From positions 15,562,001 to 15,626,000 of the forward strand of contig JBHGNT010000008.1 of the NCBI GenBank assembly GCA_043228905.1: a stretch of 64,000 nucleotides of DNA, given 5' to 3'. The notes beneath the pieces were generated by a model that saw only the letters and a list, made by a program, of their open reading frames with translations, searched no databases and was not told the DNA's origin. This DNA is from Azolla caroliniana. Taxonomy: Eukaryota > Plantae > Polypodiophyta. Of the stretch, positions 11,622 through 24,117 are shown piece by piece; positions within the stretch are counted from its first letter, which is position 1, and each line of letters begins with the position of its first letter. The position numbers and the translations under genes were made by a program.

Positions 11622-14600
11622 GGATCTGTGCTAAAAACTAGCTCAACGTCTTGGCGTTAGACAATGCTGGTGCTTTTAGATGGCGGTCACCATGTGCAAG
11701 TCGACATGCTCCGTCCATGACTGTGATTTCCTCACCAAGAATAATTATGATTTGGTAACAAATTGAACACATTGTGTTCAAGAGGGTTGAATATGTGTTC
11801 AACCCTCTTGGAAGCACGGTCCTAATGCCATGTTCCTTCAATAAACGTGCCTCTAGATCCACTTTCTTATGAAACCATCGTGGGTTTTTCCGACATGACT
11901 TTGCAACTATGCATACTCGACATTTGATCCCATGGGATCTAAAACACATTTGAAGAATGAGAGGGTGTCAACTCCACATGATTTCACAGTGTCGGTAATG
12001 TATAATATGCATTACAACAAAACATTTTGTATCAATAATCTTAATCTAAACCTGTACCTGTTAGAGTAACATCAACATCTGTTACATCAGTTGGCTCGCG
12101 GTGTAGGTACTTTCTAAAGCCTCTGCCTTTGCCCCCTCCATATTGTCTTGGGCCTCCATCCATCTTGAATTGTAGGTTTCGATACTCCTTCGTACATAAA
12201 CCTTGCTGCTATGAGAGAAAATTGAACACATGAAACTAGAACCTTCGATGACTATCACAATTTTTTATAAATGAATCTGAATAGTATCTCTCCTCATTGG
12301 GTTTTCTCTCTCTCCATCCATGTCAAGGAATTGTAAGGACGAAGCAGCCATCTACACAAGTAAGATAGGAGCGCCAAAAAGATTAGAATGACATAAGCTT
12401 TTATGATCATAAGTCAACTTCTATTCATTAAACATGCTTTGCATTACAAGATTAAAAAATATATAATCAACTTACATCAAGACTATTTGTATATCCTTCG
12501 TCAAATGCTCAAGGGATTACCACGTTGTCTCAAGGAGTTTTACCAGTTTATATTTACTTTGGTTTGTTATAATCCAAGATGAGACAACACTCTCAGATAT
12601 AATCTCTTTGCTTGATCTCATATGCTACTTAAGCCTCATAAGAAGATGTAACATTTTTCTTTCTTTCTTTCATTTGTTCATAATTGGTCATTTTGTTCCT
12701 ACCTTACCTATGTAACCCGCCCTACTTGACTCCGTGGGCAATATTATTCTACTGATGGAAATTGACTATATGCAACCTTTTGTTCAAGCCATCCTCATCT
12801 ATTTTATAGCCTCCCTCATCTATTTCGTTTCTCCAAATTGATTTTCAATACCAATGAGAAAATCCAAAAAAACTCAACACATATTTATCTCTTTAGTTTG
12901 TAGTTCAACTACAAATCGACATATCCATATTCCGATTCCGATTCCCTACTCGTATCATCAATTCCCAAGCTCACTAACTAGGTGTAAGGCTCAAAATTGA
13001 TGAAAATTGATGATCATTATTCTTTGCTCATTTCCAATGAAAAAACAATTCATGATGCAAAGAATCAAACAAAAGCCTGCAAACACCCATAGTAAGTTCA
13101 ACATTATTCCAACTTTGACTTATATGGGATGCTTCATACCACACTTTAAGTCATCTTGTTACATTTTGTATCTAAATTTTAGCCTTTGAAGGTGCACATA
13201 ACTTCCTGTAGAAGGTGTTAAGATAGGTTATGAATTCTCATTTTACATATAAGAGTTACCTCAGCTCTTGAAGTATGTTTGTTGTCAAAACTCACCCCTG
13301 TATCAACCTCCAACTTACTCTGAAACAAAGGAACAATGCGTTAAAATTATAACAAGACTTCTTGTCAAAAATTAGAATGCAAATGTGCATTATGAATAAA
13401 TGTCAGAGTTGTATACCAAACCAACCTCTATTTTCAGTATCTCAGCTTCTAGAGCTTGCATATTCTAGATCAATGACTATAACATGATAAATAGATCTCT
13501 CTAACTTAGTGACAAAACAAATGTATTTTGCTTGTTAGGCAGATTCTTGAGTGTTTAGGGTTCGAGCTTATTGCAGCTTTACTTTGCTACATTTGTAAGT
13601 ATGGAAAGGAAGGAGTTGTACTAGTTTTTATTACAAGTTGGGAAGACATTATTGCCTTGAAGATTTGCCTAAAACTCAACATATCTTTCCTAAATCCCTA
13701 AAAATGAAGATACATATAGATGAGAAACATACGAAAGTACTTACTAGGTGGGTGGAGGTGGAGGTTCAAGTTCAGGTGGATGTGCAGGTTTCAATATATT
13801 CAAAAATAGGGGGAAAAAAAGAGAATGTGCAAGGTTTTATCAAAGTTGTGCATGTGCGTGGGTTAGGTTCGAAGACTCGGGTGTTAGGTTTACAGAATGA
13901 CATTGCCCGGGCTAGGTTAACAAAGTCTGGGTGGGTTAGGTAATCTAATGGCTCGTCAGGGCCGGGTTGGCTTTTTGTGGATAGAGATTGAACGGAGCAG
14001 ATCGCACGCAGCATTTGAAACATGTCCTACACCGTCCATGACCTCGATTTCCTTACTAGGCTCTCTCTCTTTATTATTTGGTAGTAGCAAATACATACAT
14101 AATAGATAAGTCTATTATCTTCCTCTTCTTCTAGGGTTTCTATGTATATGTTCCTTCCTCTTCTTCTAGGGTTTTGGGGAAAGAGACACATATGCTTAAA
14201 GCTTCAATGTATGTATATCTTCCTTCCACTTCTTCTAGGGTTTCAGGGAAGACAAGACATGCTTAAAGCTTGTATGTATGAATGTATGTATATCTTCCTT
14301 CCTCTTCTTCTAGGGTTTCAGGGAAGAGAGACATGCTTAAAGCTTGTATGTATGAATGTATGTATATCTTCCTTCCTCTTCTTCTAGGGTTTCAGGGAAG
14401 AGAGACATGCTTAAAGCTTGTATGTATGAATGTATGTATATCTTCCTTCCTCTTCTTCTAGGGTTTCAGGGAAGAGAGACATGCTTAAAGCTTGTATGTA
14501 TGTATGTATGTATATCTTCCTTCCTCTTCTTCTAGGGTTTCAGGGAAGAGAGACATGCTTAAAGCTTGTATGTATGTATGTATGTATGTATGTATGTATA

Positions 14601-15492
14601 TATGTATGTATGTATGTATATCTTCCTTCCTCTTCTTCTAGGGTTTCAGGGAAGAGAGATATGCTTAAAGCATAAAGCTTGTATGTATGTATGTATGTAT
14701 GTATATCTTCCTTCCTCTTCTTCTAGGGCTTCAGGGGAGGAGAGACATGCTTAAAGCTTTTATGTATGTATATCTTCCTTCCTCTTCTTCTAGGGTTTCA
14801 GGGAAGAGAGACATGCTTAATTAAGCTTTGCCTTTCTTCTGACAGTAGTAGTACTTCCCTCGCTGATGAGAACGAGAATGTAGAAGTGAGCTCCATTGCC
14901 ATGACCTCCTTCATCTAAAATATCCGTTGTCTGAGAGGAGAATCCATCAGGCCTTTTGGCTTTCTGTCCTTGTTTCTAGAAATCGTTTCCCCATCTCTGC
15001 ATCATTTCTTTATGATGAAAATCAATACCTGCCGTCTTTTTGTTTGATTTGGCTGCTAGGCTCTAGGGATTGGGGAAGAATGAACAGAAAAAGCAGCGCT
15101 TTAAAGCCCGTAGAAACGACCGTTCCTTCCTTCTTTCGGGTTACGCGCGCTGCTACAGTGACGATTTTTACGATTTTCTTGTTGGAATGGTAGCTTGAGA
15201 TGTCTTGTCTTCATCTTGCCATCCAAAAATGTTTGTAAAATTTCTGCCTGTCATCGATATGTTTTAGGGTTTGGTTGAATCTGGTTTCCTAATCGCGTTA
15301 CATGGTATGTCCTGTGATTCTATCGTTAGGTAACAGAGGAATTCAATTACTGCCATCACATCTTCTGTTGCCACATTTTGTGTTTCAATTGCTCGCAATG
15401 ATCGACCGCGTCTGTATGTAAATGATGGTGAATTGTTGCCAGAAATGTGGGGTTATTGCAGTCACTCCATAAAAATCCTATCTCTGTTAGTG
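11622..15492 (-). mobile_element. Possible CACTA (En/Spm) DNA transposon remnant; one terminus at 15492, other end not found
   Basis: The minus strand begins CACTAACAGAGAT at 15492. Short TTGCCA/CTGCCA motifs are dispersed at ~15215-15445. It has an internal minisatellite and exon-like minus-strand segments at ~11640-12360. No recognisable transposase motif; the left boundary is arbitrary. Confidence 0.4.
14114..14829. repeat. Compound minisatellite, ~10 units of ~65-105 bp with an embedded (TATG)n microsatellite
   Basis: Core TATCTTCCTTCCTCTTCTTCTAGGGTTTCAGGGAAGAGAGACATGCTTAAAGCTTG followed by a variable (TATG)n tract. Confidence 0.95.
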
Positions 15493-16246
15493 GAATCTCA
15501 ACCAATTTGACTAATTCTTCTCCCAACTATCTCATATCACATCGCCATTAAGAACCATACAATAGCAACTTCAAGCACACGAGTCTAATGGAGAGTAACA
15601 AGCTGAATCAAGATCAGCCGCAGCCTTAATTCCTAATGAGAAATCCTAAAGAGATACACACAATCTGTAGACTTGGATCTGCTGTGGACTCTAAATCATT
15701 CGTGCGTTATGATCCATGTGATTTAACTCTTAATAATTTTATAGATCATGTTCCCCTTTAGTAGTTGTCATTAGATTGAATGCTTGTCCTTATATTATAT
15801 ATCAATGTGATGTCAGTGATTTAACTGTTTCTTCTTTTTCTAAATGGGTAGGTAAAGACTGATTTGTTTGTGGGGGGAGATTCCGTGTCACAACTCTATG
15901 TGATGTTTGATCAATGAATAAACTTGTGGTTGTGGTTCTTTCTGTGTTTAGGGTATAGTTTATAGCCATCAATGCCATGTGGGCTATAGTAGCCTCATTT
16001 GGTCAATTTCTACAAATTAGGGCCTTTCTCTTGTCTTCTCAAATCTGGTCATTTGCCACATTTTTTTGTGGTTCTATACTGAAAATCTATAGCCTCCTTT
16101 GCTTAATTATCGCAAGTCTTGACTCAATATTGGGGCTATTCTTGTCTTCTTCCATCCAAGGGGATTCTAGAAGAGAAGGATTTGTCAACGATGTGGTTCT
16201 ACCTTCAATTTATGAGGGCCACAAACTAAACACCAGGTGATGAGGT

Positions 16247-16253
16247 TATATAA
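16247..16253 (+). promoter_or_regulatory. Candidate TATA box of the O-methyltransferase gene
   Basis: TATATAA about 140 nt upstream of ATG 16393, followed by a GA-rich putative 5' UTR. Supported by position only. Confidence 0.4.
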
Positions 16254-16392
16254 GAACTGATAGAGAGATAGAGCTAGAGACACAAAGAGAGAGAGAGACA
16301 TAGAAACATAGAGGAAGAAAGAAATATAGAGAGACATCGAAAGTGAGACATAGAAAGACATAGGAAGGCATTGAACAAGAGACATAGAAAGA

Positions 16393-17900
16393 ATGGGTGA
16401 AATTGTTAAGGATTTAAGGTGTAGGGTGATGAGTGAAGATGAAGAATCATGGTTAAGGGCAATAGAATTGACCTCATTGTGTTGTTTGCCTATGTGTATT
16501 AACACACTCATTAAATTGAAAGTCTTTGATATCATGGCAAATGCAGATATAGAGGAAGGGGTTATGGAGCGAGGGTTATATTTGACTGAAGAGATAGTGT
16601 CACGAATGAGTAGTGTGTTACCAGATGACAAGATGAGAGTCTCCATTGCACTAGATAGGATTTTGAGAGTGGTAGCTAGTCATGGTGTTGTTCATGCGGA
16701 CGTTCATCACGATCCCTTGACCAAGCACCCGACAAGAACATATGGACTCAACCTAGTTAGCCGACATTTTGTCCGCAAGGAACACGAACACTCGCTGGCA
16801 CCATTGGTTCTCATCAACCAAGACCATGTCTTTATGGAACCTTGGCAATTCTTAGATGAGGCTGTCCTTGACGGTGGCCAACCCTTTGCCAAGGCCCACA
16901 ATGGTCTAGATGCCTTTGCATATGGCCAACTCAACCCACGTTTCGATTCCCTCTTCAATTCGGCTATGGCCAACCATAGTGCTCTTGTCATTCGTGGCCT
17001 CCTCGACTCTTGTCCCACTTGTTTTGATGACATAAATGTTCTTGTTGATGTTGGTGGTGGCTTTGGATCGTCCCTTCATTTGATCATCTCTTGCTTCCCC
17101 CACATTCGTGGAATCAACTTTGACCAACCACATGTCATTTCTCGAGCCCCAAAATGTTCGGGTAGGCAATTGTGGCATGTATGATATAATGAATTGGACA
17201 TGTTGGTGAAGAATCTGAAATAAGCAATCCTTGATTTTATGTTTGAATAGGAATCGAGCATGTGGCTGGTGACATGTTTATTGATATACCTCAAGCTGAT
17301 GCAATTTTCATGAAGGTTCAAATCCTTGTCTTAGTAATATGTGTTATTTCATGCATTCTTAAGATCATTGTAACCCAAGGAATATGGCAAAGTAACATGA
17401 TGACTAAAAACAATGAGAATGCATCCAACTATATATTTTGAATAAACACACTAGAATTCCATTATATATCCTCAATTTAGTTATATATGTCTTGGCAATC
17501 ACAATGTTCACAAATTTATTGGTACCAATAAATTCAAGTTTATTGTTATTTTATGTCTAGATTACTTCACAAGAAACTAATGATATTTAACATTTCATAG
17601 ATGATTTTGCACGATTGGAGCGATGAATGTTGCATGAAGATATTAGAGAATTGCTATAAGGCACTACCGAATAATGGAAAAGTCATTATAGTTGATACAA
17701 TATTACCCATGGGTATTGAAAGGGACTTGAGAGCTCGTGTTGGTTACCAATTGGATCTTCTTATGTTTGCCTACAACCCTGGAGGTAGAGAACACACCCA
17801 AGAGGATATTGAGAAACTTGCAAAAGCTGTTGGTTTTACTCGACTTGAAGTAAAGTCCAAAATAAATGAATGTAGCATCATTGAGCTATATAAGTTGTAG
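16393..17900 (+). CDS. COMT: Caffeic acid O-methyltransferase-like class II SAM-dependent O-methyltransferase; join(16393..17161,17251..17315,17601..17900), 377 aa
   Basis: GT-AG introns at 17162-17250 and 17316-17600 give an uninterrupted 1134-nt frame. Dimerisation domain (LPM...L..F, LDRILRVVAS, RTYGL) and motifs LVDVGGGFG, FDQPHV, EHVAGDMF, AIFMKMILHDWSDE, NCYKALP, NPGGRE. The symbol is a family label; the substrate is not established. Confidence 0.93.
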
Positions 17901-18348
17901 GTTGGAACTTGGAATAATAAGGAGTATAAGGTACCTAAATACTAAATTTGCAAATAAGAAATTGAAAGACTTCTCTCGTGCAAATAAGATGACATCCACC
18001 TAGTACTTAATTGTAGCCTTTACTATGTATTCCATTCTAAGAAGAATATTTTGTATGATTATTTAAGTTTTACATTTTTGAATTTGTTTGAGCTATGCAC
18101 TTGGTTCTAGTTTTACTATATAATTTAAATTATAAAAAATTCCATTCAGTGTATCAATCTGGCAAGTTTGTCATAGAAATGATAGAAATGAGGTGTATGC
18201 GAGGTACCTATCCAAAACATCATTACAAACAAAGTTAAAGAAGAAGAGATCTTTAAGAAAAGTCAAGCATGGTAGTTTTATACACAAGTCTACACATTCA
18301 AGATTGTATACACATGCTAAGTACTTGCCAAACATTGCACACTTGTGC

Positions 18349-18458
18349 CTTTTACTAGCATTAGTAATCTCTAGGGAGTTACAATTAGCTATGGGGCAAG
18401 TTTCTTTTACTAGCATTAGTCATCTCTAGGGAGTTACACTTAGCCATGGGGCAGGTTT
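18349..18458. repeat. 55-bp tandem duplication spanning the left junction of the MITE
   Basis: CTTTTACTAGCATTAGT(A/C)ATCTCTAGGGAGTTACA(A/C)TTAGC(T/C)ATGGGGCA(A/G)GTTT at 18349-18403 and 18404-18458. Confidence 0.9.
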
Positions 18459-18964
18459 CGGCTCAAACCGTTTAGCCATGGTTTAACAAGATATTGGTTC
18501 CAGAATAATTAAGTCATTTGGTTTGGTTTAAATACTCAATAAATGGTTCAATTTTAGTTCGTATAGGTTCTCAAAATGGGGTTTATTGGTTCAAAGTTTT
18601 GTTGGTCTTTGGTTAACTTTTTCTTCCTTAATGATTTATTAATTTACTGGTTTAATTAATGTCTTTTTATTGATTCAATTAATTTAATTCAAATGCAATT
18701 TTTTATTTATTTAGTTTTTAATTAATTTGACTTAAATGGTTTGATTTAATTTTTTTATTAAATAATCTATTTGATTTCAACTTTTTTCCTTGAACTGTTT
18801 TGGTTAAAAAAATTTGGTTTACCTTTTCTTAAATAGATTGGTTTAAATGGCTTGAGAGTTCATTAACTATTTGGTTTGGTTTGGTTTTGTTTTATATAAA
18901 TGTTCGATTAAGTTTCATGGCAAAGAAACTAAATTGAATTGAAGCTAAACAGGGCCCATAGCTA
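18441..18964. mobile_element. Non-autonomous hAT-type MITE (~524 bp)
   Basis: Imperfect TIRs TAGCCATGGGGCAGGTTT and TAGCTATGGGCCCTGTTT (reverse complement of the right end). Degenerate 8-bp TSD: GTTACAAT (18378-18385) or GTTACACT (18433-18440) versus GTAACAAT (18965-18972). AT-rich interior with many TTGGTT motifs. Confidence 0.7.
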
Positions 18965-20268
18965 GTAACAATAACTATATGACTCAATTTTCTAGAAAGG
19001 TATGATTGAGAAAACCAAAGTAGAAACTTTCTTTTGTAGCATGCATTGTCACTTGTCCGTAGATGACACTTGACTTTGTGCTTGTCACGTGCCTTGCCCT
19101 TTGTCCTTCCTTTTTGTTTTTATCTCATATGTCATTCTTATATGTCATGTATTATATATCACCTTTCCCCCTCAATTGGTCCTAACAAGGAACTTCGTAT
19201 AAGATGCCTCCCCTTCATTCATATCCTACCAAATAATATAATAAAACTGTAAGGTTCGCCCAATTCCAATCGTGACTTGTCCTTTTCCTTGACGTATTTA
19301 AGATAAGGACCTCAGCACTTTGGCTATTTCTTCCACCACACCTATTCCAACCACACAACCTACCAAATCTACTTCACACATCTGTAAATACCACATGTAT
19401 GTATTATGGCATCATCCACTTCGTGCTATGTGCATAACCATTTATATACTATGTGTGCCACCCTCATCTGTACTATCCACTTGGTCATGATCGTGGGGCT
19501 TAACTCATGTGTTTGTCTTCACTTCTTGTCATGAGCGTAACCACAACTAACCACATGGTATAATGAGTCGAAGTTCTCTTGACCTTAAGGTTATAGTAGG
19601 TGTGCACTAGTTCATAATGCATGAAGGTTAAGGATTGAATTATTCTCAATCCTAGGGTGGGTGTTAACTTCTGAGTATTTCATCACTTGACCACTTCTAA
19701 GGAGGTATTCAAGTGTGAATGTCAAGGGCCTAGGGTTTGAACCTATAACAAGGCTAGCTACCTTCATGAAGGGGACAAAAGTTACTACATAGAGACTTTG
19801 GTAGTGTGACAAATCTCCATGTGCATTCACGTGTTTGTTCCTTATTCTTCAAACCCAAAGTATGACCCATGGCCAAATTTGTTATGGGAAACTCGACATG
19901 GGACTCAGATCTATCTCTCAACTTCTGTAAGGGATAGTCATGTGTTCTAGCACCGTTTCTTCTTTATTTCCTTAACATTAATGATATTATTACTTTTCCC
20001 ATTATCAATGATCCCAACACATTGAGCTTTACTTCTTCAAGAGTCACATCTCGAGTTTTATTTGAATAGCCTTGATCAAGTGGTCCCAACGGGTTCCTTG
20101 TCTTCTTATCTCCCCATATAAGAGATACTAGATTCACTTTTGTTCTTGCTCATCACCCTGCTGAAAAAAATTCAAAGTTTGGATTTTTGGTTAATATGGC
20201 ACACCATGATTAGGTACCAATCTATCTTTTCTAGAAATATTCTTTGTTTGCCTTTTCTTTTGCCTACT

Positions 20269-22916
20269 AATGTTCATCCTAGACTCACACGAAGTGAAAT
20301 CCGCCATGTATGCAAAAGGCCTCAAAGTCGACACGAACATAGAGTTGTGGCACAAGAGAATCGGTCACATCAATCTGCAGAAGCTCAAGGGGATGCAATC
20401 GAAAGGATTCGTCATTAGACTCCCAACCTTCAAAGAGAAAGAGATTGAAGGGGTATGTGAAGCATGCCAATTCGACAAACAACATAGGCACCCATTTCTA
20501 AAGAGAGAAACGTGAGCAAAGGCCCCTTGGATGTAATTCATTCTGATGTTTGGGGTTCGGTTCAAACGGAAACATTCAGAGGATGCCAATACCATGCTAC
20601 CTTCATCAACGACTATTCCAGACACGATCTTTCCAATGTGCCAGAAGAGTGAGCTGTTCAAAGTTCACACACTTCCAAAAAATTAAAACTAGAGTCGAAA
20701 AAGAAACGGGCCGACATGCTTGATGTCTTCAATCGCACGGAGGAAAAGAGTGTTTCTCCATGAATTTTCTGCCTTTCTCTGATAAACATACACTGCAACA
20801 GAATGGAGTAGCTGAACAAAAGAATTGGTACATCCTCAAAGTAGCAAGGGCCATGCTGAACGAAAAGCACATGCCAAAGTAATATTGGGTCGAAGCAGCA
20901 TCCACAACGGTCTATCTAATGAACTGATGAACGACATCTAGCGTGCACAAGATTACTCCACATGAGAAGTACTATGGAAAGAAACTGAATCTATCCCATG
21001 TAAGGATATTTGGCTCAATTGCATACGTGTACATTCTCGATGAGAAGCGGCAATAGCTTGACCCAAAATTGGAGAAGTGCATCCTTGTAGGGTACTTGCT
21101 TGAGCAGAAAGGTTACAAATGCTTCAACCCATCTCCTCAAAAGGCTCACATAAGTCGGGACATCGTGTTTGATGAGTCGGCATCATGGTACGCACCTAAG
21201 CCGACTTCACCCGAACAAATCATGGACGATTTTGAAGTCAACCTGGACAACGACGAACAATTAAGGAAAATACATGAGGAGAGTCTGATCTTAACCAAAT
21301 CGACTAGACCACAACAGCCTACAAGCGAGCAAAGCATGTCACAACCAAGTCCAATATTGGACAAAGGAAATGCCAAAAATGCTCGAGTATGAGGACAACC
21401 ACTTCGACAAGAGTGATGTAGATGAACTGACACAATCAATTGACAATGAATTCAGTGTTCCCATCATGACGACACTCGGGGTAAAGAAAGTGCTCACAAC
21501 GGAAAATGAAAAACTAAGTCGCTCCACTCAAGAAAAGAACCCAGTCAGCCGATTCGGCTACAACGACTACATGGCATACCACAATGTCTTTATGATGAAG
21601 ATGGCAACCTTTCAAGAGGCGGAAATTTTTGTCGAAGTCATTAAAGATCCGCGATGGGTCGAAGCAATGGATGAGGAGATGCAAGCACTTAGTAAGAACG
21701 AGACATGGGATCGTGTACCCCACTAACCTTACCTTTGCCCTAGTGGCAAAGATGACGACTATTTGAACCGTGATTGTGCTCGCAGCAGCAAAAGGGTGGC
21801 ATCTCCATCAAATGGATGTTAAGAAGACCTTTCTTCAAGGAGAATTAGAAGAGGAGGTGTACATGGTACAACCACCCGGCGTTGAATTGAGTACACATCC
21901 AATAGCAGTGTGTCGACTAAAGAAGCTACTCTATGAACTTAAGCAAGCGCCATGGGTTTGACATTCCAAGATCACCCAATATCTTCATCGAATCGGCTTC
22001 AAAATATCCAAGTCCGACAACTCTCCCTATGTGAAAAGCGATTCTAGAAGTCTAATCTTCATCATTCTATACGTGGATGATCTTGTAATTGGCGGTGAGC
22101 AGCTAGTCGACATCAACAAGGTCAAGTCCCTCCTCTCCGACGAATTCAAGATGCTGGACATGAAAGATCTTCATTAATTCCTAGGCATTGAAGTAATTCG
22201 AACCTCTGATGGCATCATGATCTCTCAACGACATTATATCCTCAATCTGCTCTTCAAGTTTGGGATGACATAGTGTAAGCCTGTTGCTACCCCTCTCGAC
22301 CTAAACCTCAAACTAGATGCCGACTCCAACACTAGAGAGTGTGAGCCGACAACTATCGGCAACTTGTCGGAAGTCTTATCTACCTTACGATTAGTTGACC
22401 CGACCTCAGTTATCCGATCGGCCTCCTTAGTCAATTCATGCAAACTCCACATGATATATATTTAGATTGTGCTAAGCGAGTGTTACAATACATGAGTGGA
22501 ACGATGGACTATGGCATTCTCTATAAGTCGGCCACACAAATTCGAATCGAAGGGTATACAAATGTTGATTGGGCCAAATACAAAGCTGACCGACGATCAA
22601 GTTTGGGCTTCATATTTTCAATCGGTAGCAGAGCCATATCATGGAGCAACAAGAAACAGCCGACCGCCGCCTTATCCAATGCAGAGACCGAATATAGGGG
22701 CATGATTGTTGCTGTGGGTGAAGCCGGATGGCTCAAGGGGATACTGAAGGATCTGGACATCTTCATCAAAGATCCAATCTTGCTCTACTGTGATAATCTC
22801 AACAATATTCATCTTGCTTGAAACCCGGTCTTCCATGCTCAAGCAAAGCACATCGAGGTGCACTAACACTTCATCTGAGAACATGTCCTCATAAGGGATG
22901 TCAACCTTCGACACAT
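20269..22916 (+). mobile_element. 5'-truncated degenerate Ty1/copia 'Copia-3', left part (integrase, RT, RNase H)
   Basis: LWHKRIGH, CEACQ, IHSDVWG, KCILVGY, WHLHQMDVK, YVDDL and AISWSNKKQ in broken frames. It stops in RNase H at ...DVNLRH and resumes at 62446. Confidence 0.92.
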
Positions 22917-23262
22917 TGTTGGCCAGAGTATTGTCCGGATGATAAGTGGGGAACAAATATTATTATTAGATTAATAATTAGTTAGAAATACTATAGGAAT
23001 GGGTAGATCTGGAATAGTTGCACCAATCTAGATCCAGACCAATTCATAGTTGGTTGCCTATATAACACTGTTTTGTAATTGGAACCGGAGGCCTATAAAA
23101 GGACTAAGAAAGCAATGTAATGAGGGATGGAAGTAATATAAGTTTGTTTTTGGATTGTGTATCTTGTCTACTTACCGTTTGTGCTTAATTGGTATATCTT
23201 ATGCATCGTTAATCAATCGTTGTTATGCCAAATCCAGTACCTAGATATTACAATCGTTGTTA
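22917..23262 (+). repeat. Family C terminal repeat, copy 1 (plus orientation, truncated)
   Basis: Reverse-complement homolog of ~24410-24726 and 62240-62445 (shared CTTAATTGGTATATCTTA, GGAGGCCTATAA, GTTTTGTAA). Confidence 0.9.
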
Positions 23263-24117
23263 TGTCGTACACTACCTGAAATAAGGTATAAAGTACCCAA
23301 TTGAATAAATATGAAGAAAAAAAAGAAATATCAAAATGTATATTACATGTATAGGGCAAGATTCAAACCTTGTACCTCCATGTTAATAATTTGAAGCCTT
23401 ACCATTACACTAACACATCATGAGTGTAGAAAAGCAGATATCCCACATAGAAAGGTTTTTTCACGCATATTTTCTAGGAAAAAGCTTTAGTTAGAAGAAA
23501 AACGCATGATAGAAAAAAGCTACACATGCACATCTAGCGTGCACGAACACTATAGTCGATAAAAAATGCATGAGGTTAGAAAAAGCATGATCACATTTAG
23601 AAAAAAAAACATGTTAGAGAAAGCATATAGTCTATAGATAGAGAAAGCATGGAGTCCATAGTTAGAGAAAAAGCATGGATTACTAAGACTCTCTTATCAC
23701 TATATAAGGATGGGGAGCACAATGTAATAAAGGGGGGTTGAAAATCTTTGGAAATTGGATATGTTTTTAAGTACCGATTAATAAACTATACTCGTAGGAT
23801 TCACGAGGTTTTTATATTCTTCTCTTTCAATATAAATTCATATTCTTATCTTAATATTGATTAATCTAATACACTATACTCGTGGGATTCACGAGTTTTC
23901 TCTATATGTAAGGGATGTTGATTCTTACTTGGGTATTATTAGGGTTAAATATTAATAAAACTAAAAAACTATATTCGTGGGATTCACAAATTTCTATCTC
24001 TTTCTTATAATCTATTCATATTCATAACTAAACTCGTCTCAGATTCTTCCTCCTAGTCCAAAACCCCAACGGTTCCCACCCGACTCACACAACGATCCGG
24101 CACCGAAAGGCACGACA
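23263..24117 (+). repeat. Solo LTR of the Gypsy-B family, no matching TSD
   Basis: TGTCGTA...AAAGGCACGACA. Reverse-complement homolog of 61506-62235 (shared CCCACCCGACTCAC, CTAGTCCAAAA, GGGCAAGATT, TACCTCCATGT). Flanks are GTTA and ACGC. Confidence 0.85.

Noticed and set aside
14142-14754. ORFs with MYIFLPLLLGFQG and (MYVC)n repeats
   Set aside because: Translations of the minisatellite and (TATG)n tracts.
18973-20268. Possible LTR or leader of Copia-3 or another solo LTR
   Set aside because: No match to the 62680 LTR, and no PBS, TSD or second copy in the window; left unannotated.
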